A DNA stretch of 59,633 nucleotides, counting the filler, from Sphacelaria rigidula (Eukaryota): assembly GCA_964200075.2 (NCBI GenBank). It is 8 parts of 8 records of this genome, joined end to end, with 100 filler letters (N's around TTAATTAATTAA, not from the genome) between each part and the next. Parts side by side here need not be neighbours in the genome. Positions count along the whole stretch, not along the records: positions 1 to 7,367 come from CAXNAA020015231.1; positions 7,468 to 14,834 come from CAXNAA020015232.1; 6 more parts are not named here. One strand, given 5' to 3'. Position numbers and translations under genes: made by a program. Numbering within the stretch: position 1 is the stretch's first letter; each line of letters begins with the position of its first letter. Positions 1-11,795 of this stretch are shown here, piece by piece. The notes beneath the pieces are model-generated. The model was given only the letters and a program-made list of their open reading frames with translations, was not told the origin of the DNA and made no database searches.

Positions 1-324
1 GTTCTGTACGAATCTTTTCTCTGGATTTGTTTTCAGCGTTGTAACCCAGGCTCGTGTAATGACGCAAAAATTGCGTGGAGACCTTTTTGACCTGCGGTCA
101 TTCGACTTTTTTTTTTTCTCTCTTGCAACCAGGCCTGAAAAACCGCGGATTTGGCGATTTGAAGCGGCTATAATTCGTCCGAATCGTGTAAAAGTTGCAG
201 GAAGATACCTTGTTGATGTTGTTGTTGTTAACTTCGTTGCTGCTGCTGTATCACTTCAACATCACTTTTTTTTGTTACTGTGCGCGCCGCGTCTGTTGTG
301 CACTGTTGTTTGCGCTGCTTCTAG

Positions 325-3300
325 GAAGTATGCGACATGATGTTTGCGTCGCATCGGACGCAACGCCCTGTGCCGCTCGCTCCTCCTGCCCCCCCTCCAG
401 AAAGACGGCGGCAAGCGGCAGGGCAGCAACGGCCAGCGGGGACGGCTGCGGCTGCGGCTGCTCCTGGGACTGCGCCTAGGGCCGTGATGAACGGACAAGC
501 GATGTCGTCGAATCTATCTTCACAATCTAACTCTTCATCCGCGGAGTCTGTAGAAGCATCGGCGGTACCCATAACAGTTACCCCGGCTTTGTTGCAACCG
601 CCGACACCGGTGGGGGGGGAAGCGGCACCATATGATGCTGCAAGTGCAGCAGAAGTACAGGGAGGGGGCGCTGTTGAAAAGGGTGCTGCGCTGTCGGGCA
701 CACCGACGTCCGTCGTGCCTGAAGCGGTCGACCGTGGAGGGAGCGGCGACGTCGGGGGGTGTACGGCAGTTGGAAATGTAGAGCTGGTGGAGGAAGACCG
801 TGGAGGCGGGGGTGGCAGTAGCTTAACGCCTGGTCGAGGGGATGGTGGGGGCCCGGGGATGGCTGTCGATGCAAATTATGCGATTCCAGTTATCCAGAGG
901 CAAGAATCTACAACAGTCATTCCTCTGGACCAGCCCCCTGACCCTAGCGTGGTGGTTGTGGACGGCCACCGGCAGCTCGACGGTGTGTCGGCGACGGCGG
1001 ACGCCGGTTGTGTCGGTGCTGTCACCAACACAGAAGATGCGACCATCGACCCGACTTGTAGCCAAAAATCGCCGCTGCCGCCGCAGTCGATGCCGATGTC
1101 GAGTGGAGCTGACGCGAGAAAGAATGACGACGATGATGGTCACGATCGTGGTGAAGCAGCAACCTCGGAGAGTAACAAAACCATCGCGTGTATTACCAGC
1201 AGCTCGGGGTGTACGAGCCGAGAAGGGAGCGCATTCACCGACTTTAGCAGCGACGCCACCGGGGACAACAATGCTGACGTGGACACAAACGCAGAACAAG
1301 CCGCCACGACGGGCGAAGACGGACGAGGACTCCGTGAGACTACCCCGGCGACAGTAGATGCCTCGGCGTCACCACCGGTGACGGCGGAGGCGGTGGGAGA
1401 GGCAGAAGTCTGCGAGATCACGCGGGCGGCAGCAGATACTACGGAGTCACTACCGGCGATGCCAGACGCGGTGGAAGAGGCAGAAACCGGTGGGACTACC
1501 CCGGCGACAGCAGATACCCCAGAGGTACTACCGACGACGGCAGAGACGGTGGAAGCGGCAAAAGTCGGTGACAGTACCCCATCGGGAGCAGTTACCCCGG
1601 AGCCACCATCGACGACGGTGGAGGCGGTGGAAGAGGTGGTAGGGGTTACGACCTCGGTTGTGGCGGGGGTATCGCCGGCGGTGACGACGGCGGCTGCGGC
1701 TGCCGGGGATGCATGTGTCGGGAAAGGGTCAGCTGGTATCTCGTTCGCGCGCATATCCCCACTTCGAGCGATTAGCAATGAATCCAATCACTACGGGTCC
1801 ACAAGGGTGGGAGGACGGCCGACGTCATGGCTGCTGCAGGCTGCAAGGCGGAGCAGCAACAACTTCGGCGGCGTTTTCAACAAAGTCAACTCGAGTTCCG
1901 TGTCTGTTACTCCGGCGGCGCCGGGAATTGCAGAAGATTCGATGGACCCCAGTAGCAAGGTCGGGGCCATGGTGGCCTTGCGTATGGTGCTGGATCGTGC
2001 GCTGATAAAGGGGTCGCAGGTATGGGCCAAGCTGTGGCTTGCTGTCGGCGGTTTTGGTGGAAATAAGTCAGTAAGCGCCAGCTTAGCGACATTCGTCGGA
2101 TTATCGGAACCAGCGGGTTCAGAGAGTGAAGTAACTGTGTGGTGCCCCATATGTACCTGGTGGTCGCCTCACACAGGTGGAGTACACTGTACTGACATGA
2201 AGTTACCATATACCGCGTCCCAGTATATCGTGCGCTCATGCCGGGCTGGCAATCCACAGCACTATGCTTGGCCTCACTGTTGCTCATGTAACGTGTCAGT
2301 CACCCTTGTGCGCAGCCTCACGGCTTGTGTGCACCTTATGCGCATCGACCAGTTGGTTTCCGCAGATGACGTGGACATGCTCGGTTTGTGCGCGTGTGTG
2401 TCAAACCGCGACTCACAGAGCAGCGCAGATACCGATTTTTGTTTACTCTGCTGCTTGACTGGGCGTTAGTAGCGGGCGGTGGTGCGCCTGTGGTATCGCG
2501 GTTAATTGGTTTTATTGTCTGTTCACTGTTTGCAACATGCCACCTACATGTTACTTCCCACGATCACCGCGAGTGGGATGGGACCAACGATTGGCCGTCA
2601 GCGTATATACTGCTGTTGCCGACCAAATGACACACTTCAGGGTTTTTATCTCCAACTTATGTTGAACACGTGACATGCTAACCGAAGTACATTGCTTTGC
2701 GACGATCGTAGATCAACGTGATGTCAGGCTACGCTTTGACACTCTAGTGACGAATCGGTACATCTGAGGGTTTTATCTGCAACTCATGTTGAACACGTGA
2801 CATGTTACCGAAGTACATTGCTTTGCGACGACTGTGGATCATCATGACATTTGGCTCCGCTTCGATACTTCAGTGACCAATTGGTATACCCTTGGGGGTT
2901 TTAACCTCCAACTCATGTAAAACATGTGACATGTTACCAAAGTATATGGCTTAGCGACGATCGTGGATCAGTCAGCATAACAGGCTCCGCTTCGACACTT
3001 CAGTGAAGGTTGAGCTCTCGGGGATGTGGCTTGCTTAGCCACATGGACGACAATGACCTCAACATGCAGCTCATCCAGAGAACTCAGGAAATCTACTCTC
3101 CGATTGTGAGGGTTCATCACAAGGAGTCGTCTACCGGTGTTCATGCCGATAAACTGATCTTGATCGCTAGCAGCCCATCTGTTGTGTGAACAGATAGGTC
3201 ATTCGTAGGATCGTGTCTTCGTTCGATTACCAAAAACCGGCCTCCCAGTGGCGGCCGTGTTGGCTTGTTACAAAGTAAGATCAAGTTGGTGAGATCGAAT

Positions 3301-3453
3301 TGATCTCTGACGAGGCAGACGCTCTATGCGTGCCGCTCTCCCCTCTCCCCACCCCCATATCTTTTGCAGGATAATATGACCTTGGTCGCGGTGGATTTGC
3401 GGGGGTTTATAGATGCGCCGCAGACTTCAGAATCGCCGGCGGTCCTGCAGTAG
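325..3453 (+). CDS. PP2C (PPM-family) protein phosphatase, 3' part: last two exons 325-2019 and 3370-3453
   Basis: Acceptor ttctag|GAA at 325 gives EVCDMMF, resembling the helix that follows the DGxWD motif. Donor CAG|gtatgg at 2019/2020 and acceptor ttttgcag|GAT at 3370 join ALRMVLDRALIKGSQ to DNMTLVAVDLRGF...LQ-stop (TAG 3451-3453), the PP2C C-terminal GSxDNxT motif. All junctions are phase 0. Upstream exons are not in the contig. Confidence 0.85.
1320..1640 (+). repeat. Coding minisatellite, ~4 diverged 78-nt (26-aa) units in the PP2C insert
   Basis: GEAEVCEITRAAADTTESLPAMPDAV / EEAETGGTTPATADTPEVLPTTAETV / EAAKVGDSTPSGAVTPEPPSTTVEAV, each 26 aa, plus a partial preceding unit. Confidence 0.75.
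2630..3008. repeat. Intronic tandem repeat, ~3 copies of ~128 bp
   Basis: gggtttt-atctccaactcatgttgaacacgtgacatgttaccgaagtacattgctttgcgacga...gacacttcagtga recurs at ~2640, ~2768 and ~2895. Confidence 0.85.
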
Positions 3454-5350
3454 GTGGCGGACTCAGCTGGTCTTCGTGGTGATTGAAGGCCGCCGACGCC
3501 ATGCGAGGACAGCTTGTTTGTGGGCAAGGCCACCGATTCCACACGACAGCAGCGCCAATAGATCTTGTCCCGGTAATCGTCGATCCGCGACCCTCACCAC
3601 TGGCGCGCACTGGCTTGGATGCAAATCGCGCAGATTTGGATTTGTACGGGCGGGGAAGGGGGCTGTTGTACCGTGGCCAGCGATTTTGGCCGGGAAACGG
3701 CCGAAGTCGTGCGCTTCAAAACCCTCTCAAACCCCAAGGAGCTAGCTCCCTCACAGGTTGACCGTGCTTGGCGACTGTGGGTCTGTCTATTTGCTGGGTT
3801 TCCGGCGGGTTCACGGTTAGGGCAAGACACGAAAAACGTTTCCAATTAGCATGGTCTAGGCGGGATCAGCTGGGGGAAAAGTTTGAGTGTCGAGTATTGA
3901 AAGTGGTGCGCGTGGTGGAACGAGCACTGACTTTACGCGAAATACTAGGGATCGACTTCAAGAAGATTGACATGGACGTCTGTATCCATGGTGCCTATGA
4001 GAGGGTACAACTGTGCATGGTGGGGGAGGAGCGTGTCATATTGTGCTGTGTTGAAACGCGGAAAGCTCTCCTGAAATGGGTCGTCGCCGGCTGGCTTGAT
4101 ATTCTCCTACGGTATTAGTGCCATTGTTGTGGCGCGATAAGCGGTACATTAAACATGATGTTGATAACAGCTTGACCGTTCTGTCGAAAGTAAAATGAAT
4201 GTTCTGAGAAAAACGTACGTTTGATTCTCTCCCTACTCCAGCTCTCCAAAAGTTGCGACCCTTTTCATTGGGCTCTCTAGATGTCGCTTTTCCGGTGAGG
4301 TGAGGTATCATGGTATTTTATCCTTGCATGCTGGATACGTGAGCTAATCAAGACCTGTACGTTGCAGGGCGACATTTGCATTTTGTACCCACACAGATCA
4401 CTTCCACTTCGTCCTTTCCACCTAGTATGTTTAGTCCATTCCCGCGGTTGCATTGAGTGGGAGTATCCATCACTAGAAAGATAGAAACTGCAAGCCACTG
4501 TCATCTGTCCGATTCGTTGTCATTGCCGTTTGATGTATGTTGCGTTTTTTACGACTAAGTTGCTTTTTTACGCGGTGCCATACGAGTACTGCCCGCATTT
4601 TGCGAGATATCATAAGATCCTGTACGGCTGGCGTGTGTGTGGGAAAATGGGCTCATAGAGAAGGTTTTTCTCGTGATGTCGAACACACGTCGGCACCGGC
4701 CCTCCACAGCGTTGTTACTGGAAGGGTGATGATCTAACATGATTTGTTCATGTTGGGCGTTTTTTTTTTAGCTAATGGCGAGATTGTTCTTGTGCGTAGG
4801 AGAATGCGCACGAGGCGCAGGTGGCTGAGTGTTGTTCACCGATAGTATTCTTCAGTGTATCTATTTGTGTTCGGGTTTTTTGTAGAATAGTGCATAGGCA
4901 GGTCTGGTGGGGGGTATACCCGATTTTGTGGTATTTTGAAAAGTGGAGATCCGAGCCATGCTCCCAGCAGTAGTCCGCCCGGTGCTATTGTTTCCATCTA
5001 TAAAGCCCGCACAAGTCTTTGTCATTCACTTGGGCAGCTGATGTGCGATTCATCAAAATACCAGAGTACCGGGTATGTATGTCCTGCCCCACATACCTTG
5101 GAATAGTGAAACGCGGCACTCGTTCTTTTGCCGCACAGGTTAGAGGGACCCCCTCCGCCGTGGTTGGTTTTTTCTCTTCTGGGAGCTGATGGTGTTGAGC
5201 GGTTGCATGTTTCGGTGTGCACACAAGTATATTCGGAAGCATTGCCGCAACGGAAGCTAATATTGATGTTCAACTCCTCATATATTTCGAAGCGTGTACT
5301 ATTTTGATGTTTTCTTCCGTTGGCGGCGGCCCAGTGACTGAACGGAAGAA

Positions 5351-5463
5351 CGGATGGTTTCTTCGATATACAATGCATGTTTTGCGGGATTCTTATCTTG
5401 ACTGCAACGGATGGTTTTTTCCATACACATTACATGTTTTGCGTGATTCCTGTCTTGACTGCA
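5351..5463. repeat. 57-bp tandem duplication
   Basis: cggatggttt...catgttttgcg...tcttgactgca at 5351 and 5408. Confidence 0.75.
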
Positions 5464-5718
5464 CGTGCTTGTGTATACAGCATGAACATTTGTGTGTGTG
5501 TTGTATGTACGTCAGCTCACCTCATGTTGCGGTCCCCACGGGTATTTTAGGGTGATATTAGTCCGCGCGGCGTGGCATCGTTGGTTTGCCTTGATGGACT
5601 GCGTGTCTTTGTTGTTCGATCGTTATTTTTGTGGGATAGTGTAAAGGGATGAGATTTAATTGTAGCCGTTGTTTGAGCACGAAGACGGGGTCGAATCTAG
5701 TTCGCGCGTCGGTGCAAA

Positions 5719-5790
5719 GTGTGTGCGTGTGTTGTGTGAGTGTGTGAGTGTGTGTGTGTGCACGTGCGCGTGCGCGTGCGCGTGTATGTG
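5719..5790. repeat. Imperfect (GT)n/(GC)n microsatellite
   Basis: Visible purine-pyrimidine dinucleotide run. Confidence 0.8.
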
Positions 5791-6916
5791 TTCGTGTATT
5801 TTTTTACTTGGTTTCCGGTTTGCGGATCACAGCACCCCGGACGCAAAATACCACCACCCGAGCTTGCATGAGAGGATTGAGGGGAGCTGCGCAACGATAA
5901 ATCTGTTCTCGCGTAGAACGTGACTCCAAGGTCGTCGTGCGAATGATGGAAACTAGAGCTCCCCCCCCCCCCCCCTCACTCCCTCCACCTACTCTTATTT
6001 TCCGTCTTTGCACGGTTGCTACAGATGTTCTCCGATTTATATTGTTATCAAGGAAATGCAAGCAACCTTCCCAAGGCGATGTAATTTCCGTGTTCTACTC
6101 GAAATGGGGGGTTTACTTTTTTTTGTTTGAGAGAATGGAGTTCTCAGGAAATGGGAAGTGTGGCACGCGTTTTTCCTGACCCGTGAGACGGAGCGTCAGC
6201 GGGACCATAGTAAGTTGAAAGTCCTTGCCCGGTGGGTCATGGGTTTCCGTCGCGGAAGGATTTTTGGTAACAAAATGTATCACTCTTTTGGTGATCGTGA
6301 TCCATTACTGATGGCGTCAATTGTCGACCGTGGATTATCGTAATATTTTGTGCCATTTTCCTTGTACAGAGCCGGAGATGGGGCACGTACTGTAGTTCTC
6401 TGATTGGCGATGGAAACTAGAATGACCCAGTCCGCTGATTGGTGCAAACGCGGTGGTGGTCCCCAACGTACGCATATTTCTGTATACTTTTTCTGATGCA
6501 CACACCAGCGACGCACACCAGTAGCGTGAGTTGTCCTCCTTCCTTTGCGGAAGAATGAAAAAAACAGCAGCCGACGTTCAGGGCCAATAATATGCTCCTT
6601 TTTGTTGTCAGCATGCAAGACACACTTCTTGAACGACCTCTTCATCGTGGCGGGCAGAATTTCGGGAGTTTTTACTTTTCGGGGATGTTGGAACCCCTAA
6701 ATCGTGGAGTAACCTACTGTTTACGTGAGATTTGTTGGCATTTGATGCGTTCGGGCGTTTTGCGTAGATTTGGAAGTAACCTACGAAACGCATTCTGTCC
6801 CCCAGTCTTCAAGGCCGTTAAATCACATGGAACAGTGCATCAGCAACCACTTCATGATTGAGGTCAGCTTCATCGTTTAAAGAAACGCGGAGAATTTGTT
6901 TCAAGCCTTATTCCAA

Positions 6917-7018
6917 CCCTTGGACCGACAAGGTGGGTCATCTCTGTGACTCATCACTTGAGAAATGAGTGCGTGACCCAGATCAGAGATGTCCCACCAT
7001 ACATAGCGGTCAAAGGGG
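6917..7018. mobile_element. Short hairpin MITE, piggyBac-like ends
   Basis: cccttggaccg ... cggtcaaagggg followed by TTAA (7019-7022). Inner inverted pair ggtgggtcatctctg / cagagatgtcccacc. The left flank is ccaa rather than TTAA. Confidence 0.5.
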
Positions 7019-7367
7019 TTAACTTTGGATCTGCCAACAGGATGAAGGTGGCACTCTACAGCGAGACGACGCAGTCTGATGCTTGCGGATAACTGCGGGC
7101 ACAGCTATAGTAGAGCACGCGGCTTGCTCTGGGACAAATTGGTGTGTTTACAAGTTGCGAAGACGGTTTGGTCTCCGCTGAGATTGCCTGATGTACTGTG
7201 TTGTTGTGATCGTGTGTCTGTAATCTTTAGTATCAGTCAGGACGCAGCGTGGTCAACACACTTGACTGTTGAAAAGTTCATGTTACCCGGACCCATCGCT
7301 CGCGCGATGCCGAACATGGCTGGGTAAAGACACACAACCAGCACCGCCATACACCGCTCGACCGGCT

Positions 7368-7467
7368 NNNNNNNNNNNNNNNNNNNNNNNNNNNNNNNNN
7401 NNNNNNNNNNNTTAATTAATTAANNNNNNNNNNNNNNNNNNNNNNNNNNNNNNNNNNNNNNNNNNNN
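7368..7467. other. Artificial contig linker
   Basis: 44 N + TTAATTAATTAA (stops in all six frames) + 44 N. Confidence 0.99.
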
Positions 7468-8389
7468 ATTGTAGGGATGCGAGGTCGATGGTCTTATGAC
7501 TTTGGCATACATGATCATGAGTACACCCCTCCCCCCCCCTTGTGAAACCTGGAATGCCTGACCTGTATAACCCATGCTCAAATCGGGATCGGAATTCTTT
7601 GTTTTTTCGAGGTAAACCATCACCTGTTCACATTAACAGGTGGATGGATGTTGAGCATTTTTGTAAACGTCGGTACCACAGTTATGCTGGTGACTGAGGC
7701 TCGATTTTGGGTACTATATTTCGGGAAAGTGGACATGGATTCCTGTCTACAGAAATAATCAAGTCTACTTGAGCAAATCAGTATCAATCACAAGTACACG
7801 CGTCACCTCGAAATAACGACCACGTTCACACAAAATGTACTAGTACAGTAGTACATTCTACAACAAACCTGTGACTGAAGTTGCTGTACATTTGTACACC
7901 GGGTCACAGCAACAGGAGGATAGAAGCTGTTGTTGTTGTGCCCTTCTTGTTGCAGTATGTTGTTGTGCAAATATTTCAACGCGGGTTTCTCGGCAACCAA
8001 GCAGAGGATCGCACTATGTTTTGTTGCGTGCGCCTCCCACATACCCAAACTAAAGATCAATGCCACAACTTTCATTCTCGCGTCCCACAAATGCTGCACG
8101 CTAGCCACCAAGATGTATTCAAAAACGACCTTTTTTTTCATGTTTTTGGGGCTTTCGGGGTCCGCTGTGGCGATCTCAGCAAGGTCGTGACATCGATCGC
8201 TAGGCCCTCGGTGTGTGCTGGGCGCTGTAAAGTGCCACAGGCCGGCTTGCCTCCTGTGTCTATGCTCCGGCAGTCTTGCTCCTTCCTGGGGAAACCGGGA
8301 GAATGAAAAACGGAGACGGTGAACTGATGAGTAAGGAAAATGAAAGGAGTAGAGAAAGAAGAGCGCCATGCCAAGTAGGTCGTATGAAA

Positions 8390-10020
8390 ATCGAGGCCGT
8401 CGAGGCATGCTACGCCTCAGCCATCTGGGTACCGCACCAGTTGGGCAGAAACTCTTTGCCGCACAGCTCTTTAGTAGCGCGATACACCGACGCACGTCGG
8501 ATTGGCGAAAAACTTCTCGTCACCACGCCTCCTCGAATTTCTCCGGCGCCCTCTCGACCCCCAGCTGCCACTTGCCCATGTTTAAGCGGCAGTGAACCAA
8601 TTTCGCGAGTCTCCGACCTCAGCACCGTAGATGAACAACTCTCTCCGTTTTCCTGGAGGCGGTCCCCTCTGTGTTTGAAGGCCGGCAAACCATCCGGCAC
8701 GATGCGCGTAGGGGGATGCATTTTGTGCTGCGGGATGTAGGCCCCTGCGACTTGAGTTTGATGCTTGCGGATGCTCGTCTCCATACATTCGTATCTGGCT
8801 TTCTTTCTCAGGGTGTCCATCCTCCCATCAGATGCCCCTATTAGCCTCCCACGTCTCTAATGCTAGTATGTTTCTCCGGTTACCTCGCATATAGGTTACA
8901 ACGCCTGTCCAGTCCATCTTGAACCACCCCTCTTGAGCCTCCTGAACATTGATCGTACGCGAGATCCGGACATCGTGTGTCTACGGTGCACCATGCGGAG
9001 TTATATCTTACCCCGGCTCGCATCGCCGCTCTCGTCTGCTCCCGGACAATCCATGACTATTTTTTACTTGGCTCAGACAGCAATATCGTCTTCAGACAAC
9101 TTTTGAACGATGCTGCCGATCGGACATGGGATCACATTGTAGGCAGGCCTCAGGAGTATATCGGGATAGTTGGCCGCCATTTCACCCGCGGTACCTTCGG
9201 TTTTGCCCTGCTTGAATTCACTGACGAGAAGCTGCAGGAGTTGCCCGCATATGTCCATGTCAGAGGTCACCGCCAGCCCTGCAATGAATGTACGTCCGGT
9301 GGGGGCTTGGCGCTGTCTTTTGCGTGCGAAGATGTCGAGGAGTCACTGTAGCGCACACGATGTTGTCAGAGCCGTGATACCATTAAACGTAAATCATCTG
9401 TTTCCCTTCGGGGGTAGGGGTTTCGGGGCAAACCTGCTGACACCTGCATGTCGTCGCAGCAGGATGCCACTGCTGTTGCTCGTCAGCAGTTCCCTCCGCA
9501 TCCCCTCCCCAATTCCACGAACCTCCTTTCTCGCTCTTGCTCCAGTCGGAGCCTCCGTGTTTTGTCGAAAGAAGCGAGTTGTCATGTTTTGAGGACTCGG
9601 CTCCAAGTGCTGTCCATCTCAGTCCAGCGTATGTCGCTCCTCTCGACTTGCCCGGCCCTGCGGGCATAGGCAGCAACGAACGTGACAGCGTCCGATGTGC
9701 TCCTGCTAGATTAAAGGTAATCGACATATGGTGCTCGCCGATGAACGCCTTTGTCCACGTAGCCTTGACGATCGACTCCTTGGTGGCTGAGCCCAAACTC
9801 ATGTTACGCAGCCTCAGGCCGTTCCGCCCTCTGGCTCAAAATGCAGTATCGCGCGGCAGCGAAGTCAGTTGTGTTTCGAAGTGTATATTGCAGTCTTACG
9901 ACGTCACAATCTATCGCTTCGCTGTTTCGCGAAAACATTTCGGCATGACCATTGCCGTTCCGTCCCGTCAGGTACAATGGACGAATGTTGCAGCTCGTCA
10001 CTGGGAGTTCTCCGATACGG
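8390..10020 (-). mobile_element. Degenerate non-LTR retrotransposon (LINE): APE endonuclease and start of RT
   Basis: Frameshifted minus-strand translation: VTSCNIRPL..GHAE..CDVVRLQ (cf. ATWNVRTL..CDVIGLQE), HEFGL/KESIV..TWT..MSITFNLAG, AVTFVAAY, ELLTSNSSGILL, and later VPDGLPA (cf. GPDGLPAE before the RT). Many stops and frameshifts. Confidence 0.7.
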
Positions 10021-11795
10021 GATCTAGGTCAAGATCTTTTCACAGCTATACGCTTGACGTTTGCTCCTGTCCTTGCTCACATTGCCCTGCTTCTGAGTTC
10101 TTGCGCCAATGATTATATGCCTTCTGATTCCGTCCTTGCTTTTGTCTGTCTAGTTACGTACATACCTTGCACTTCAGTCTCGCGGGGAGGGTACAATGAT
10201 GCCAACTCCGGCCGCAAAATAGCTCCAGCCCGCCGAATCGGGAAATTGCTCACTCATGTCTCATGTTCATCGACGCGTTTCTGCGACAGTGTCCCAGCTT
10301 TTCGTACGACTCCGCAGCCGTGGGTTTGAGATTGGGTCCCACTACGGCGTAAAACTATGCAGCCCCCACGAAAGACCGGCTACCGCGGGCGTGGAGTCGG
10401 TGATCTTGTCGTGAAGTCTGTGCTCGTTGCTGCAGCGTGGAGCACACACAGCTTTGACAGTCCTAGGGAGATATACTGAGACTGAGTTTCTTGGCGACTA
10501 GACAGCTAGCAGGCCGTTGGTCGTGCGAAATGAATGTGGTGGATTCTGTCGGGGGGACGGAATTGGGAAGGTTCTCTTTACATACATCTTCACATCTCTC
10601 ATTCAGGGTGGATTTTGGACAAATGACGATTGCAAACCAACCGAAAGCCATTCGAATCCAAATCATGCGCCTCTAGATCCCCTAGTGATGGCGATGCCAA
10701 GTTATGCAATGCAGTGCAGGCAGCGATATTTTTTGCCTTGATACCGAAACTGCTTTCAACTGACTCCATACAACAAAGTCTCAACTAAGTTTATCATGTC
10801 CCCAAGAGGTACTACTCCAAAATTCAGCCTGGTGCCTGGTTTATTTTGACTGCCTTAATTTCTTTGATCTTGCTGACCCGTTGTCAACGCTCATCTATAC
10901 CTCAAAAACAGTGTACACATCACGCAGAGTCTGGTGAGGGACTCCTGACGCGTGAACGAACTTCTGCCTCAGAGGTCTGACCACGTTTTGCAGCGTGATT
11001 TCCTGGACAATCTTACCCCCCACGCCCCCCCTCCTCACTCCAATCACCCCTTTGGGCTAATGAAAAAATAATGGAGTGTTGGGAAATTTGGTGTTCATGG
11101 ACTCCCTCTTGTAAATCGATCTTTGGGAGGTGCCGATTGGAATGCTGTCACCGCGAGAGGAGGCTATGTTCGTGCTATCCAGTTGCCCATGCGGTCGGCA
11201 TGTGCTAGGCTGTTACAAATGTCCGTATGTTCGCTTCTCCCCCTCCGTCCTCTCCTCAAGAGGAGTCCATAGTCTCGAAGGATGAACCCATTTGTCCCCC
11301 TGTAACCTGCGTTGAACTCTCTTCATCGAGCACCATCGGATCCAGCAGTACTCTCAATATTATCGAACCGCCTCCACCGACCCTGTCGACGTACTGTCCG
11401 GATCCGAACCCATAAGATGCGCCCATATTTGTCCGTGTTGATGCACTGCCAGTTGACCACCAGGGCACGATGGCAGACGTTCTCGACGTCGCCATGTTCA
11501 ATTCTGCCGCTCACCTCCTTAGTTGTATATCCTCCCGACGTATGCCGCCATGCTTCATGTTATATGAGTTCAGGTGGAGCGGCCGCAGTAACAAGGGAAA
11601 AGTCCGCAAGGAAACTCCCGGGACGCGTAAGCCGTGCAGAAGGCGTTGGGCAGAGGGCAAGCTGTTCCTGATCCTGTCACTGTTGCTACCACCGTACAAA
11701 AACGTGATCGAGTCCCTCCAAGATCCGAAGCATATACCACCGACGATAAATTATTTGTCGAAGTCGTCGCGGTCGAAGCCGTGCTTTTTGCGGTC

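Noticed and set aside
2020..2469. C-terminal 150 aa of the 710-aa ORF
   Set aside because: Read-through into the intron after the CAG|gtatgg donor; the PP2C motif continues at 3370.
7412..7423. TTAATTAATTAA motif recurring every ~7.47 kb
   Set aside because: Artificial six-frame stop linker, not biological periodicity.
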